Part shown: positions 26,401-40,296 of the stretch, piece by piece
Layout of the letters: the number at the start of each line of letters is the position of its first letter
Position numbering within the stretch: the stretch's first letter is position 1
Assembly: GCA_951406725.2 (NCBI GenBank)
Contig: OX597825.1
Span: forward strand, 82,584,001 to 82,648,000
Reading direction: 5' to 3'
Length of the DNA stretch: 64,000 nt
Origin: Octopus vulgaris
Lineage: Eukaryota
Notes under the pieces: model-generated
Told to the model about the DNA's origin: nothing
What the model saw: only the letters and a program-made list of their open reading frames with translations
Database searches by the model: none
Made by a program: the position numbers and the translations under genes

Positions 26401-27774
26401 CATCATTTAGTAGAGTTTTCGCTGTAGATGTCTATGGTCTCACGATTAGGCATAGACACACTACTGGCTCTCCCGTCTCGACAGAAATTCCGGTAGTTGG
26501 CCCAGCACCCTAACTAAAATACTTGTACAACGACTGCTAATGCACAATAGCAGGCAGGTCTCAAATAATGTCACACTTAACTGCATATACATTACAACTT
26601 GTGTTCTCATATCACAAACTATATTCGCATTGTATAAAGTGAACAACAGAAACTGCCGTTTTCAACAATGCGACAAAGGTACTATCACTGGAGTACTTTT
26701 AAATTAGAGCCGCTAATTACGTCTTCAGCCGAAGTGAGTGGCACTACATATATAATATATATAATCAAATTATTGTATACAGTGCTCAGGTGCACTGTTA
26801 TAATCATTTTTAGATGGCTTGACTTAAGCCATCATGGTTGCTCCTCATTTTTGTAAACTCCTCCCAAGCAGATCTCCCTGGATCAGAAGTAAATCAAGGC
26901 CGACATATTTAAAAGGGACAACTGGGTTTACTAAGAGCGTCGACAATTTTGCTACATGTTTACTCCTCGATATTGCTACCATGGAGCAAGCTTTGCTTTA
27001 TTATATTAGTAATTTCTTGGATCTCGCCTAACAGAAGTGCTTAAAATTCAGTGGGGCCTTTGTGGATCAATATTCAGCGTATATCTGGACATATATGGAC
27101 TTATATATGCGAGAATATTTTGAATAAGTCTATTAGCTGTCCATGCTTGAGCTTCCCTTCCCCCTGTCGTTGATGTTTATACAAGTGAAAACCTTTTGCC
27201 TTGGGCCGATAAAGTCAGGAACTAGTGTCATTAAAAGTGTTGCTGTCAGAACGTAAAGAACAGAAACAGTTACCACCGGGCACCTTACCTGATTCTCTAA
27301 CAGTTTCCCTAGCCCACGTCTATACATGGATAATTTTATGACCGACACATAGTTAAAATAATGAAAAACAAAGATGAAGCTTACCATGTGAATTTTGAAC
27401 TCGGGACACATGTGTTCGAATTTAAAAACGGCGAGACAGTCATTCAGACACTTTATCGCCACCACCACCAACCATTCCATTTAATAATAAACTATATAGC
27501 TCACACCCAGGTCGTTTCCTTTCGATTCCTAAACTAACATTCTATGACGGAAATTAAACACATTCCACGTATTTCTTCTTTAATGAAGCGTCTCACTTCG
27601 TAAAATAGTATCTAATTCATAACTGACGGATCTATAATATTGACAATTATAAAAAAGAACGAAATAGCGCTATACATATTTATTACAAACTAGAAATTGC
27701 AAAGGTATAGCTATAAATAAACAAAACAAAAACTGAATAGGTGAATTAGATGCATCATTTTCCTCGGAATACCT

Positions 27775-28006
27775 ATTTCTTTACTACCCACAAGGGGCTA
27801 AACACAGAGAGGACAAACAAGGACAGACAAACGGATTAAGTCGATTACATCGACCACAGTATTCATCTGGTACTTAATTTATCGACCCTGAAAGTACGAA
27901 AAGCAAAGTCGACCTCAGCAGAATTTGAACTCAGAACGTAACGGCAGGTGAAATACCGCTAAGCATTTCGCCCGGCGTGCTAACGTTTCTGCCAGCTCGC
28001 CGCCTT
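27775..28006 (-). mobile_element. SINE family A, full length
   Basis: Consensus match; TSD tcctcggaatacc / tccttggaatacc. Confidence 0.92.
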
Positions 28007-28734
28007 ATCCTTGGAATACCGTACTTTCAAATTCAAGGCGTTATTCACCCCATGCTGTGAGGCGGAGGATTATCTCTCTTGTAATAGCATACATCATTAC
28101 AGGAATCCACATGTAAAAAGTATCCAAAATCTGCTTCATATATTACCGACGTTTATCAGTATAGAGACATTATATGCAAAGTTATATCATTACTTCTCCA
28201 CTTGCAATCTCACCATTCTTTTGTTACGTATAGATTCTATACGTATCTATATCTTAAATAGAAATATTTAATTCTTATAAAACTTTACTCATTATATTTA
28301 TCCTCTGCCATCGGTTACATTACAGACATATCTGACAACATTACAACGTTCCCATATGTGTACAATCTATAACTTTTCAGACAACTCTTCATGCATATTC
28401 CAAGAAACAGCATATTCTCTCATTAAATAATTTTCCGTTTGTGACATCAGTTTCAATAACCTGCACCAGAGTATTGCTAATTGGCAGCCTGATGAGCCAG
28501 CGTTTCGTAATTTGTTTTATAAAAACATTTCCATTCATTTGTTAACAAATCTATTCAACTCCATGAGACGTCACTATTTCCTATTTTTTTTCTCATCTTT
28601 CTCCTCTTCCTCCACCTCATTCTACGTTTTCTACCCACCCACCCCGCTTCTTCTCTCAAAGATTTTCTTTTCGCTTCGTTTTTTATTTCTTTTGTTGTTC
28701 TTGTTGTTATTGCTTCTAGTTGTTATTACGAATG

Positions 28735-29310
28735 TGAGCTGGCAGAATAGTTAAATCGTCAAACAAAGTACTGAGCGAGTACATTCTGAGTTCTAATTCC
28801 GCCAAGTTCCATGTGTTCTTTATCGATCCGATTTCGATATAAGGAATTAGTGTCGAGGTAATCGAGTGTCGAGGTAATCGGGTGTCGAGGTAATCGGATG
28901 TCGAGGTAATCGGGTGTCGAGGTAATCGGATGTCGAGGTAATCGGGTGTCGAGGTAATCGGATGTCGAGGTAATCGGGTGTCGAGGTAATCGAGTGTCGA
29001 GGTAATCGGATGTCGAGGTAATCGGGTGTCGATGTAATCGGGTGTCGAGATAATCGGGTGTCGAGGTAATCGGATGTCGAGGTAATCGGGTGTCGAGGTA
29101 ATCGTGTATCGAGGTAATCGGGTGTTGAGGTAATCGGGTGTCGAAGTAATCGGGTGTCGAGGTAATCGGGTGTCGAGGTAATCGGGTGTCGAGGTAATCG
29201 TGTGTCGAGGTAATCGGGTGTCGAGGTAATCGGGTGTTGAGGTAATCGGGTGTTGAGGTAATCGGGTGTTGAGGTAATCGGCCTGTCCCTTCCCTCCCAA
29301 AATTGCTGGG
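28735..29310 (+). mobile_element. SINE family A copy containing an internally amplified 16-bp minisatellite
   Basis: Head gagctggcagaatagtt and ttctgagttctaattccgcc before the array; tail ccttccctcccaaaattgctgg after it. Confidence 0.7.
28850..29282. repeat. 16-bp minisatellite (tgtcgaggtaatcggg), about 27 units
   Basis: Direct inspection; contiguous units with no spacers. Confidence 0.97.
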
Positions 29311-29329
29311 ATTCCATGCGGAGTAGGTT

Positions 29330-29947
29330 TTCTTCTCTCTCGCTGGCTGTTCGTGATCGGAATTCATGAGCACTCTCAAGTCCATTTTTGGTAATTCTTT
29401 CCTCATTAGCAGCATACTGTAGCAGTCCTTGTTTGCTGTATACCAAATATCCTGCCACATTAATACGCTACCTTACTCTAATCAGCCTACGTCCACCATT
29501 ACCTTCTTCATGTAGAGCCTTTGTACATTCGCCTCAGGGTGGAGGGCACCATAGATTGACATTTTATTTCAGGTAGTGGGATCGAGTTGGGTCAACCTCC
29601 GCTTGTGTCCATATCAGGATCAGTGCACTATAGGGAACTAAAGCAACAGCCCATGTGTTGATAGCAGTCACAAGATTCCTTGAGTCGAGTTTTGAATTCA
29701 AGATAAGTTTGAGGCGCATGAAATGTGCAGTGATGACCTTGTGTTTCATTTCTCTGTGCAAGATATAGTTCATCTCCAGGATCTCAAGGTACGTGTACCC
29801 ATCATCATCCGTATTGTCCATTCTCTCTGCGTTTGACAATTCTATGCCCCTACAATCTGCTCTTTTTACCCGTTCCAAAGTGAACATCGCACACTTCGAG
29901 ATACCAAATTCCACGCCTACATCCTTTCCTGCACATCTGGACAGTCC

Positions 29948-29950
<3 letters not shown>
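29330..29950 (-). pseudogene. R4/Dong-like LINE reverse transcriptase C-terminal fragment
   Basis: ORF 29564-30151: DVGVEFGISKCA...GYTYLEILE...LILNSKLDSRNLVTAINTWAV...YSA...WTQAE, then frameshifted ANVQRLY; abuts (TAA)n. Confidence 0.85.
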
Positions 29951-30019
<69 letters not shown>

Positions 30020-30084
30020 TATTATTATTATTATTATTGTTATTATTATTATTATTGTTGTTGTTGTTTTCGTTGTTATTATTA

Positions 30085-30550
30085 TTGAGTGAGAGTGCAT
30101 GCCATCAAAGTTACACTGGGTAATATAAATGAAGCCCAGTATACCCATCATGACTAACCATCTGATAAGGGTACACTAGGTACATGCATCACAACGAAAT
30201 GTGCGCCACATGGTGTTCTCATATCAAGATAAACAGCGCATGTCCTTGAAGTTGGGTCTCAGTTAGAATTTTCTTCTTGTCTAGTAACCCAACCCGCTCA
30301 GAAGGTCCCTGAATAAGGTTTGTTTACCTGAATAAGGTTTGTTGAACGAAACACCCATGTTTCCAAAGGTGAATTAACCAAATCTCTAGGAATTCCTCTC
30401 AACACATGACTATGATGTTCCCCCACTACTTCTGATTGTGATCATAGATGCGCATATTGTCAGTCACTAAGGGACATACTCAACTATTTAAGGTCAAACA
30501 ACTGACAAGCAAATCTGTGGTATTGAGCAGAATATTTGCTGTGGCCCATC
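30085..30550 (-). mobile_element. Retro-repeat family D
   Basis: Reverse-complement homolog of 23211-23590 and 35965-36510, with its tail running into (AAT)n. Confidence 0.8.
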
Positions 30551-31713
30551 TAGAAGGCCTTACTATATTATCCCTATGGAGAACATCGTACCTCCCATAA
30601 CCGCTGGTTGTGATTATTTCCACAAGCAGCCGTTTGGTTATATTTGACCTTGAAACTCCTTCTCTTTTGGAGTATTTATTATTTAGTTTGTGTTCCTGGT
30701 TGATTGCTGCATGCAGAAATACTATCACTTGATGTAATTAATGGGTGCGGTTTGAGTGTAGGAGTATGCGTTCCCTAGTTATTTTTATGACTTGTTTTAT
30801 TTTTTATAGACCTGTATTTTCAGTTCATGTTGGGGCGTCTCTTATGAATGCCAGTGTGTGTTTGAATTAGGGCGTACTTGAACTGAGATGATGGTGTCTG
30901 TGGCAGCTGCAGCGACGCTGTTGCTCAGGGTGGTGGTGTTAATAGCTCTAGTGTAGCTACAGTTTGTTGTATTGGTTCTGGTGTTTAGATAGACAAAGAG
31001 TTGTCGTTCTTCACATATTTCGATACACCATTGAAACTATCGATTATTTAATATATAAATATACTTCTTAAAGTGTACTATCGAAACTAGGAAGTCTTAT
31101 AAAATTCCTAAAACATATATAAGTTCTACTTGTCAAAATAAAGTGAAAGCTCACAAAATATAAATCTATATTGAAAGGAATTTGCTGTAGAAAATAACTT
31201 CCTGTTCGTTTAGTCAAATCAGATGTCGATAAAATTATTGCTATATGCGATGTAGAGAAAAACCAAAGGCATTAACAAAATTATGAATAAAAGTAAGTGA
31301 AACTGAGTTTCCGTACAAGAATGTTAAATGTGAAAGAAGATAACAAGAATAAGAATAATAAGGATAAAATAGAAAGAGAATACGTCCGGAAAATGCGAAC
31401 ATGATAATTGAACAGAACATTTTAAATGCATTAGAGAAATTGAAAAATGTCACAGCGTATGAAATTGTCAATCAAAACATACATATATATATGAATGGGA
31501 TAATAATTTTACAGAAGATACGAGAATAAATGTTTTGTATTTCACAGCCATTTTTGAGTATTATAAATATTAAAGTGGAAATATACACCAATGTGCGCTG
31601 TATGAGCGGCAGATTTCAGTGTCTTTAAACACACGCTAACACACAATCATTTTACACATATACATACGTCCATACATAGATACATATATACATATACATA
31701 TGCATATATATAA

Positions 31714-31787
<74 letters not shown>

Positions 31788-33684
31788 ATTATGTATATAT
31801 TATATATATATATATGTATATGGGAGGATGTGTATGTACGCATATACGAATGTGTGTATTTGTATATAATTCAATATTTTTGCATCTACGATTGTGGAGG
31901 TAAGCTTCAGATATTCAATGTTAATTATATTCAAAATTTTTAGCAAAACAGCACTTGCTGTCTCAATGCGTTCTTGCATAATATATGACTGTCTTTAAAA
32001 AATTTATCCCTCCCCCAAATAGAGCGTATTCAGTTAACCAAGACATTCGCCCATAATGCACGCCTGATAGAGTCAGAAAGATACTAATACGTACGCTGTG
32101 TTTGTGTATAAAGTGTTATATGTCGGTGTGTCTGTTAATATATAGCAATGCTGTAGTTAAAGAAGGTTCTCATTGTAAGTTAGTCCTCATTGAGTTGGCC
32201 TATGATCAAAAGCATTTCAGTGGTAGCCATACATTATGTTTGTATGTCACATTGTGCGTTGTGGCATTCTGTTCCTGGAGATTGTATTCTATGATTTGGT
32301 GAGGATTATGGCGAAGATTTTGGCGACTGCAAAAAAACACTTGTTAGGCTAAGGTGGAACTTCTAACCAATTATAGACAAGATTACAATGAAGTTTAAAT
32401 TATGTCCGACCAGAGCTTTAAATATACGTGAATCATAGCAACTGCATTAGTTTTTCATTTTAGTGAAACTTGTTGAAATATTTTACAGACTTTTCCCGCC
32501 ATAATGTAATATTCAGAGTCACACAAAGAAAGAAAGAAAGAAACAAACAAGAAGACAAACAAACAAACAAACAAAAGTAACCGAGGAAGGGCACATAAAC
32601 ACACACATATACAACTTATAGACATACTAACACACATACACACACAAGATGGACACATATAATTATGTACTTCGTGATATTCGACCGCAGAGGGAATCGC
32701 TAGAAAAAATGTCTATCATCTTTAAAAGGTCTTATTTTGGCCGGTTATGGAAGTCAAGGAGGATCAGTATGTTACACGCTTTGACATAACTGACCATTCT
32801 TTACGCTACAAGAAGTGATAATGTTTTGGTCCTCCATACATGATATAGGTTTTTATCCCTTGCATAATTTAGTTGCTGGTTTGCGCCCATGCTTAAGCAC
32901 AACTTTGATACAAATGATTATTCTTTGTTTTAAACATTGTAATTATTCTATCGACCTCTTTAAACAAATCGCGAAGTTACGGGCACGTGAATAATCCAAC
33001 ATCAATTTGCTAGCGTTAGAAACACAAACACGTTTATACGATAGGCTTCGGCACAGAATTACGGGTATATTCTTTGCTCTGTAAATCTCTGCCTCTTTCC
33101 TTCTTGGTAGGTAGAGTCTGTCACTGTTACTTTAAGACGGTGGAATGTGTGAGCAGCTTCCTGGTTCTTGTATCTAATTTCTGCATCTTCACCTTTGTCC
33201 TTTTGAGAAAGATAGCAAATTAACTTAACAGGAGCATTGCCCATGTTATATTGCTTTAATATTATTTCCTTCATTTAGTTTTGTTTCGAGTACCTTCTTA
33301 ATTCTTCATGTACTATTTGGAGACTTTCTCTCCCATTCTTCCTATTATCCTGAATATAACTACCCTTATTATTCAACATCGATCTAATAATGATGTCGTA
33401 TAACATAAGAGTTTGTCTTCCAGCCACTCTTCATAATTAGCACAAGAAACATACTTATTCCAAATAGAATTTCCGTATCCTGGATGAATACCCTCACTGC
33501 TTGGATCGGAGAATCCAAGTTTCATTTCTTCAGAGTAATGGTAAATATGTAACAGGTCCATAATTGCTGATTTCCTTTCTGTTTTCTTCATTCTTTTGTA
33601 TCAACACTGACCCTTTTCTCAGCTGTGTTGCTGTTCCATTTTTTATGTAGTTATTAAAAAATGGTCAGATATAACTGTTGGAAG

Positions 33685-33840
33685 AACTGGTTGAATCATT
33701 GCCAAGCCGGACAAAATGATTAACGGTATTTCAACCGGACTTACTTTTTTGAATTCAAATTAAAGCGAGGTGGGCGTTGCATTGCATCCTTTCGGGGTTG
33801 ATAAATTAAATGCCCGTCCATCATAGGAATCGATGTATAT
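33685..33840 (+). mobile_element. SINE family A, very degenerate
   Basis: ttgaattcaaatt...gcatcctttcggggttgataaattaa...tcgatgta. Confidence 0.55.
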
Positions 33841-34178
33841 CTATCTCTCCATGAAACTAATTCTTTCCCTGTTTCTGTCATTCTCTCTCAGTCCCTCTGT
33901 ATGTATATATATTTATATATATGGATACACGCATACACGAAGATATACAGATGCAGTCATACATACACGCACACACACTACACACACACACACACTCATA
34001 TATTGAGAGACGGCGACATATAAAAATGTGTATGTGTATGCATGTATATACGTATATATGTATGTAAGTATATATGTATATTGCCGTCTATATTTATGCT
34101 GGTGATTATGAGCCGGGTATCTATATTCTAGATATCATTTGCAAATAGACATGTGCATGCATACATACATACATACAT

Positions 34179-34213
<35 letters not shown>

Positions 34214-34215
34214 TA

Positions 34216-34325
<110 letters not shown>

Positions 34326-35277
34326 AGATGCAACCCTCCTTACATTTTATTATAGATGATCTAGACGTGTTGTATTAACATGCTTCTAATGCTTTTGGTG
34401 GTCTATTAATTGCATTTCGACTCAATTCACTCAGGAAATGAGATATGACTAGTTCTTCAATGGCTTTAGAAGCTCGGCCTGAGAATCTGTGCAAATGTAA
34501 CACAAAATGTCACTCCATTGATCTTCAACTGATCTCAAACATTTGCCTTTCCTAATAAAATCGACTAAATTATTAATAACATTGTGAAGTACGTTTGCTA
34601 GTGGAACGACTGTGGACGAAATGATATTTAAGTAAATTTTCATTTCAATCGTGTAAACGTTTGTTGTTTTTCATTAGATATTTCCAATATATTCAATCTA
34701 TTATATGCTATCAGGTTTATGCACTTGAGAAATACAAACGCTTAAACAACTTTGAGACGTCCTGACGTCGTAACGAATTTTTTTTCTCTCACTGAATATA
34801 GATGTCTTTAGAATATCTTCAACATTTCCTTGAGATATGCACTTCATATTCCTTCGGTTTTCTTGATAGTCTTTCAATATATAGGAACTATATCAGTCTT
34901 CAAATTATTTGGCAAATAGCAAAATATTTAATAGTAATAATCTGAAGAGGTTTACATAACTACTTTCCACTTATGGAAACAGGCTTAACTAGATTATTTT
35001 TAACATATTCAAACGGAGGAAAATGGCCCTTATATCACTAAATTACTTGGTAGATTGCAAAATAATCAAATAAAAATACCGAAGAAATGTAAAAGAGTAA
35101 TGAGGTTGTCGTCGAGATTTCTAATCAAAACTTCGACAGAATTATCACTGTTACCGTGTGGTGCACTTCAAAATTTGCAAAGATTACTCTTTACATGAAA
35201 GCATTGCTAGCCTTTTTAACACTCAAATAATCTTTATCCATCAATGCTATGTTGAGCAATCAAACACACACACACAC

Positions 35278-35366
<89 letters not shown>

Positions 35367-35501
35367 ATACATATATATGATTGTATGTATATTCTTAAAA
35401 TTAATATATAGTAGGAAAAATTATAGAAATGTTTTTCTACCAGTGGCCTAGCATGTATAGAAAGTCAATAGATATATTTTTCGTATAAAATTAGTGTACG
35501 T

Positions 35502-35579
35502 TTAACAGGTCGCCTTCTATGCTAGAAGGAACAGTCACAATTTTGACTGCTCCTTCTAGCATGTAAGGTGACCTGTTAA
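35502..35579. repeat. 36-bp-arm inverted repeat (hairpin)
   Basis: Arms 35502-35537 and 35544-35579, 32/36 complementary, 6-nt loop. Confidence 0.9.
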
Positions 35580-35612
35580 GGCTAATTTTTATTTGTGTTG
35601 AAATATGCACTA

Positions 35613-35678
<66 letters not shown>

Positions 35679-35792
35679 ATATTTCGGAATGGTCATTTTG
35701 CTAGTTTAGCCAATAAAATCACACGCACTATATATTTGGTGTTACTTTGCTTCAGTGTTATTTATTTTTTACATTAATCTTAATCTTATTTC

Positions 35793-35836
35793 GGCCAGAG
35801 TTCTTTCGTCACACTCCTGTGACCGCATCAGTGGTC
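35793..35836 (-). ncRNA. Variant or degenerate hammerhead motif in a ~250-bp element (35674-35925) inside (TA)n
   Basis: Minus strand: gacca CTGATGCG GTCACA ggag TGTGAC GAAA GAAC TC tggcc; A9 replaced by C; helix III AGAACT (near the AGATCT palindrome). Confidence 0.6.
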
Positions 35837-35924
35837 CTTTGTTTTCTTCTTTCTTATTTGTGTCTCTCCTTACTAACCGTTTGCCATTTCGTATACAAAA
35901 ATCTTGCACAACAAATATTTAAAC

Positions 35925-35964
<40 letters not shown>

Positions 35965-35967
<3 letters not shown>

Positions 35968-36510
35968 CCTGATGCAGTACCAGACTTCGACTCACATGGC
36001 TTCTGATTTTAACTGATTGGAAGGGTTATCATGTACGTTGTTATGTCTTGGTATGAAAGATGGGCTACAGCAAATATTCTGCTCAATACCAAAGATTAGT
36101 TTGTCTGTTGACCTTAACCAGTTGAGCATGTCGCCTGCTGGTTGGCGATATCTGCATCTCTGATCCACGAGCAGAAGTTGTGGAGGAGTATCATAGCCGT
36201 GTATTGAGAGGAATTCTTTGGGGTTTGGATAATCCACCTTTGGAAACAAGGGTGTTTAGTTCCTCGTCCTTAAACAACCCTCATTCAGGAACCTTTTTAG
36301 CGGGTGGGTTACTCCACCAGAAAACAATTTTAACTGGGCTTTCCTTGCAAGGTCATATGCTATTTATCTTGATATGAGATCACCTTGTTGCGAACATGTG
36401 GTTTTGATGCATGTACTTTGTGCACCATTATCAGATGGGTAGTCATAATGATTATGTATTTTACCTCAGTACCTCTGTGACTGCACGCACAGCGCTCTCA
36501 CTAAATAATA
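35965..36510 (+). mobile_element. Retro-repeat family D, longest copy
   Basis: Homologous to the 23211 and 30085 copies; ends ctctcactaaataataat. Confidence 0.8.
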
Positions 36511-36514
36511 ATTC

Positions 36515-36736
36515 GTTCTGCTATAAGCATAAGACCTGAAATTTTGTCGGGGGGAGGGGGGCTATTCGATTACATCGATACCATTGTTTCACTGATATTT
36601 AATTCATTGATCTCGAAAAGAACGAAAGGCAATGCCAACCTCTGCTGAACTTTAGCTCAGAACGTAGAGACGGACGAAATGCTACTAAGCACTTAACCCG
36701 GCGTGCAAGAGATAGATACTGCCATCTCGCCGCCTT
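36515..36736 (-). mobile_element. SINE family A
   Basis: Reverse complement of the head (ctcgccgcctt) and body (ctcagaacgtagagacggacgaaatgc). Confidence 0.8.
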
Positions 36737-36737
36737 G

Positions 36738-36816
36738 ATAACAATAATAGTAGTAGTAGTAGTAGTAGTAATAATAATAATAATGATAATAATAATAATG
36801 ATAATAATAATAATAA

Positions 36817-36848
<32 letters not shown>

Positions 36849-36914
36849 ATACTAGTAGTAGTAGTAGTAATAATAATAATGATAATAATAATAATGATAA
36901 TAATAATAATAATA

Positions 36915-36951
<37 letters not shown>

Positions 36952-37080
36952 GGTTAATAATAATGATAGTAAAAATAATAATAATAGTTGTAGTAGTAGT
37001 AATAATAATAATGATAATAGTAGTAGTAGTAATAATAATAATAATAATAATAATAATAGTAGTAGTAGTAATTATAATAA

Positions 37081-37124
<44 letters not shown>

Positions 37125-37141
37125 ATAATAATAATAATAAC

Positions 37142-37173
<32 letters not shown>

Positions 37174-37195
37174 TGATGATGATGATGATGGAAGT
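36738..37195. repeat. (AAT)n/(TAG)n/(GAT)n compound microsatellite
   Basis: Direct inspection. Confidence 0.95.
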
Positions 37196-37803
37196 GGGGA
37201 TGATGATTTTTTAAATATTTGCCAAAAGGTAGAATAATAATGTTACTATTGATAACAACAAGTATAAGAGCAATAACAAAGAAATAATATGATTTAAAGA
37301 AAAATTAAACATATAAAAGATTGAGAGGGATCAATATACAATCAAAAATAGGTGTTTCTGATATACCAATACTCAATCAATAGATAATTTTCTACTTCTT
37401 CCTCGGTTCATATATAGTTGTGAGAAAAAGAAACAAACCTAGTCTGTATTCGTTTATCTTTTTAGAAGTAATCTTGTCTTTTCATGAGGTACTGGAAAAG
37501 TACATTTCGTTGCAATTTGAAAACCAATTTCGAGGAATCCAAAACCGTTTCCTAAATTCGTATGAAGACAACTAATAAACAGCAGAAAATGCTGATACGT
37601 TTTTACAAGATGATATTCTATACGACGATGATACGTGTCACGAATCACGTATCGCATAACGCGTATAAAATTGTAAAGTATATTTTAACTTCTGTGAACT
37701 TACAATTGTGTACACTCTATGTACACATACACAAATAGATATAAATACAGGTTCATGCATACATATATACAAACACAAACACAAACACACAGTTATATAC
37801 ATG

Positions 37804-37842
<39 letters not shown>

Positions 37843-37909
37843 AGGTAGATAGATAGATACGAATGAATATATATGCATATATATATATATTTACATATAT
37901 ATATATATG

Positions 37910-37944
<35 letters not shown>

Positions 37945-37979
37945 TCATAACCTATTCTTTATACCCACATATATAAACG

Positions 37980-38051
<72 letters not shown>

Positions 38052-38056
38052 TATAC

Positions 38057-38155
<99 letters not shown>

Positions 38156-39009
38156 AGGTAGATGGGTAGATAGGAATGAATGTGTGTGCGTATGAGTGTT
38201 CAAAGCCATAAATATTTCCAATGAAACGGCCGATGATGGGATATAGAATGTTTATTTAGAAAACATTTCTTGTTGTGTTGTGCAGTTGTTTCAGCGCCCA
38301 CACAATTTGCTTCGTTATTTTCTGTAGTTTTATAATCTTCAGCAATTCAATATTATCTCCAACTGTAGTTTGAGATGCATTTGGCTTCTTCTATTGCCTC
38401 TTTCGTGCCTAAATCTAACATTAATGGTTTTCTGCTATCTGTTTATTTAATTTTCTTGAAGTGATTATGAGGGCTATATATCTAATTGGATCTAAACCAC
38501 AAGATGTGGTTATTCGAAGTAGAAAAGATCTTTCTGCACATACAAACATGCACACACTCAAACGTAGACAGAAAAACCTTTTCTCTTTCATGCATATTAA
38601 TATATACACACGCACACACATGTTTGAGTAAATGTACCTGTGTCCCTTCAAGTTGTTTTCTTACTAGAATATACGAAAACAAGTGAGGAATCACACAATA
38701 TATGTGCAATTCAAATTCATTTGTCTGAAGAAATTGTTGGAAATGTCCAACTGAAATCTTATATTTTCCAGTCTTTTCTAGAAACAAAAAAGCAATTGCG
38801 TGTTACTGTCTTTTATACATTTTTGTGGTTTGAAACGTAAACCGAATAAGTTTAACTGCTGCCAAATACTATGATAGGATACCTCACCGGTTTCAATGTG
38901 CGGACGCCAATTTTTGTATAAGGCATGATAAGAGAATCAATACCGTGTCTGGGAGTGAAACATGCAAATACTTGGTATTGAATTATTCTCTTCAGTATCT
39001 GATATTTTC

Positions 39010-39070
<61 letters not shown>

Positions 39071-39171
39071 TAATAATTTGCCATCTTCGTCGTTTTCATA
39101 CACATTGATGTCTCTGTCCAGCCCGCAGGTACCTTTATCTGAGTTCGACCTCCATGGTCAATTCGATGAAA

Positions 39172-39560
39172 TAAAGTAGCTTGCTTACCAACAACATGGT
39201 TCAGGTTTCAGTCCCACTGCGTGGCACCTTGGGCAAGTGTTTTCTATTATAACCTTCGGCCGACCAAAGCTTTGTGAGTGGATTTGGTAGACGGAAACTG
39301 AAAGAAGCCCGTTGTATATATGTATATGTATACGTATGTGCGTGTATATGTTTGTGTGTCTGTGTTTGTCAACCCAGTATCGATTAACAACCGAGGCTGG
39401 TGCTTTTACGTCCCCGTAACTTAGCGGTTCAGCATAAGTGACCGATAGAATAAGTACTAGGCTTACAAATAATAAGTCCTGGGATTGATTTGCGCGATAA
39501 AGGCGGTGCTCCAGCATGGCCGTAGTCAAATGACTGAAACAAGTAAAAGATAGGAAAGAG
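39172..39560 (+). mobile_element. SINE family B
   Basis: cagtcccactgcgtggcaccttgggcaagtg (CORE-like) ... ggcggtgctccagcatggccg...tgactgaaacaagtaaaaga. Confidence 0.9.
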
Positions 39561-39563
39561 AGA

Positions 39564-39606
<43 letters not shown>

Positions 39607-40296
39607 CGCAGTACCGTCGTTAAAACGGTACAAGAATTGGATAGTATTACCCTTAGAAGACGGAAAATGTTGTCAACAAACAGCCAAACAGCCATATATT
39701 ACATATTCAATGAATAATCCTTCAGGCCAGGCCAGTAGTTTAGACCTATCACCATCACCACCACACACAAGCTACTTGCCAGGCGCGAAGAATTATTAGC
39801 TAAATACGTAGTATAAATTCTTTCAATTGATGCGTTGTAGGCATCGGTTTTTTTCGGTTTCACTAACTTTATGTTCGGATTACAGGATATCTCACTGACT
39901 TTCGTGGTATCTCGTTTCCACCAGTGCTAACTTCAAGCATCATCACCTTAGACGTAAATAAATGAATCGGTGGCCGAAGAAGTAGCACGGATTTGAACAG
40001 CATTACTTTTTTATCTACAACTCTACAGAATTCTACATCTTTCGAAGAACAGACTGCCGGAAAGCAAAACTATCTCTATTTTTAGCTCTGCACGCAACTC
40101 TATAAACGTAGAGGTCATTAAGTATTTCTGATAAATGAACGAAAGAATAGCATTATATCTTCTATATGTATTATATCTTCTATATCTTCTATATGTAGAG
40201 ACAGTTATATTGCATAAAGGACTGGCAGAAAAGAAGACACTCAATTACCTGATACTCTGTAACAAGACACGCTATATTTATGCATTTTCTTTATTT

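Noticed and set aside
28483-28510. CTGATGAG core
   Set aside because: No downstream helix II closure or GAAA.
28850-29282. CRISPR-like array or repeat protein (ORFs 28716-29460)
   Set aside because: The 16-bp units are contiguous with no unique spacers, there are no cas genes, and the array derives from a SINE motif.
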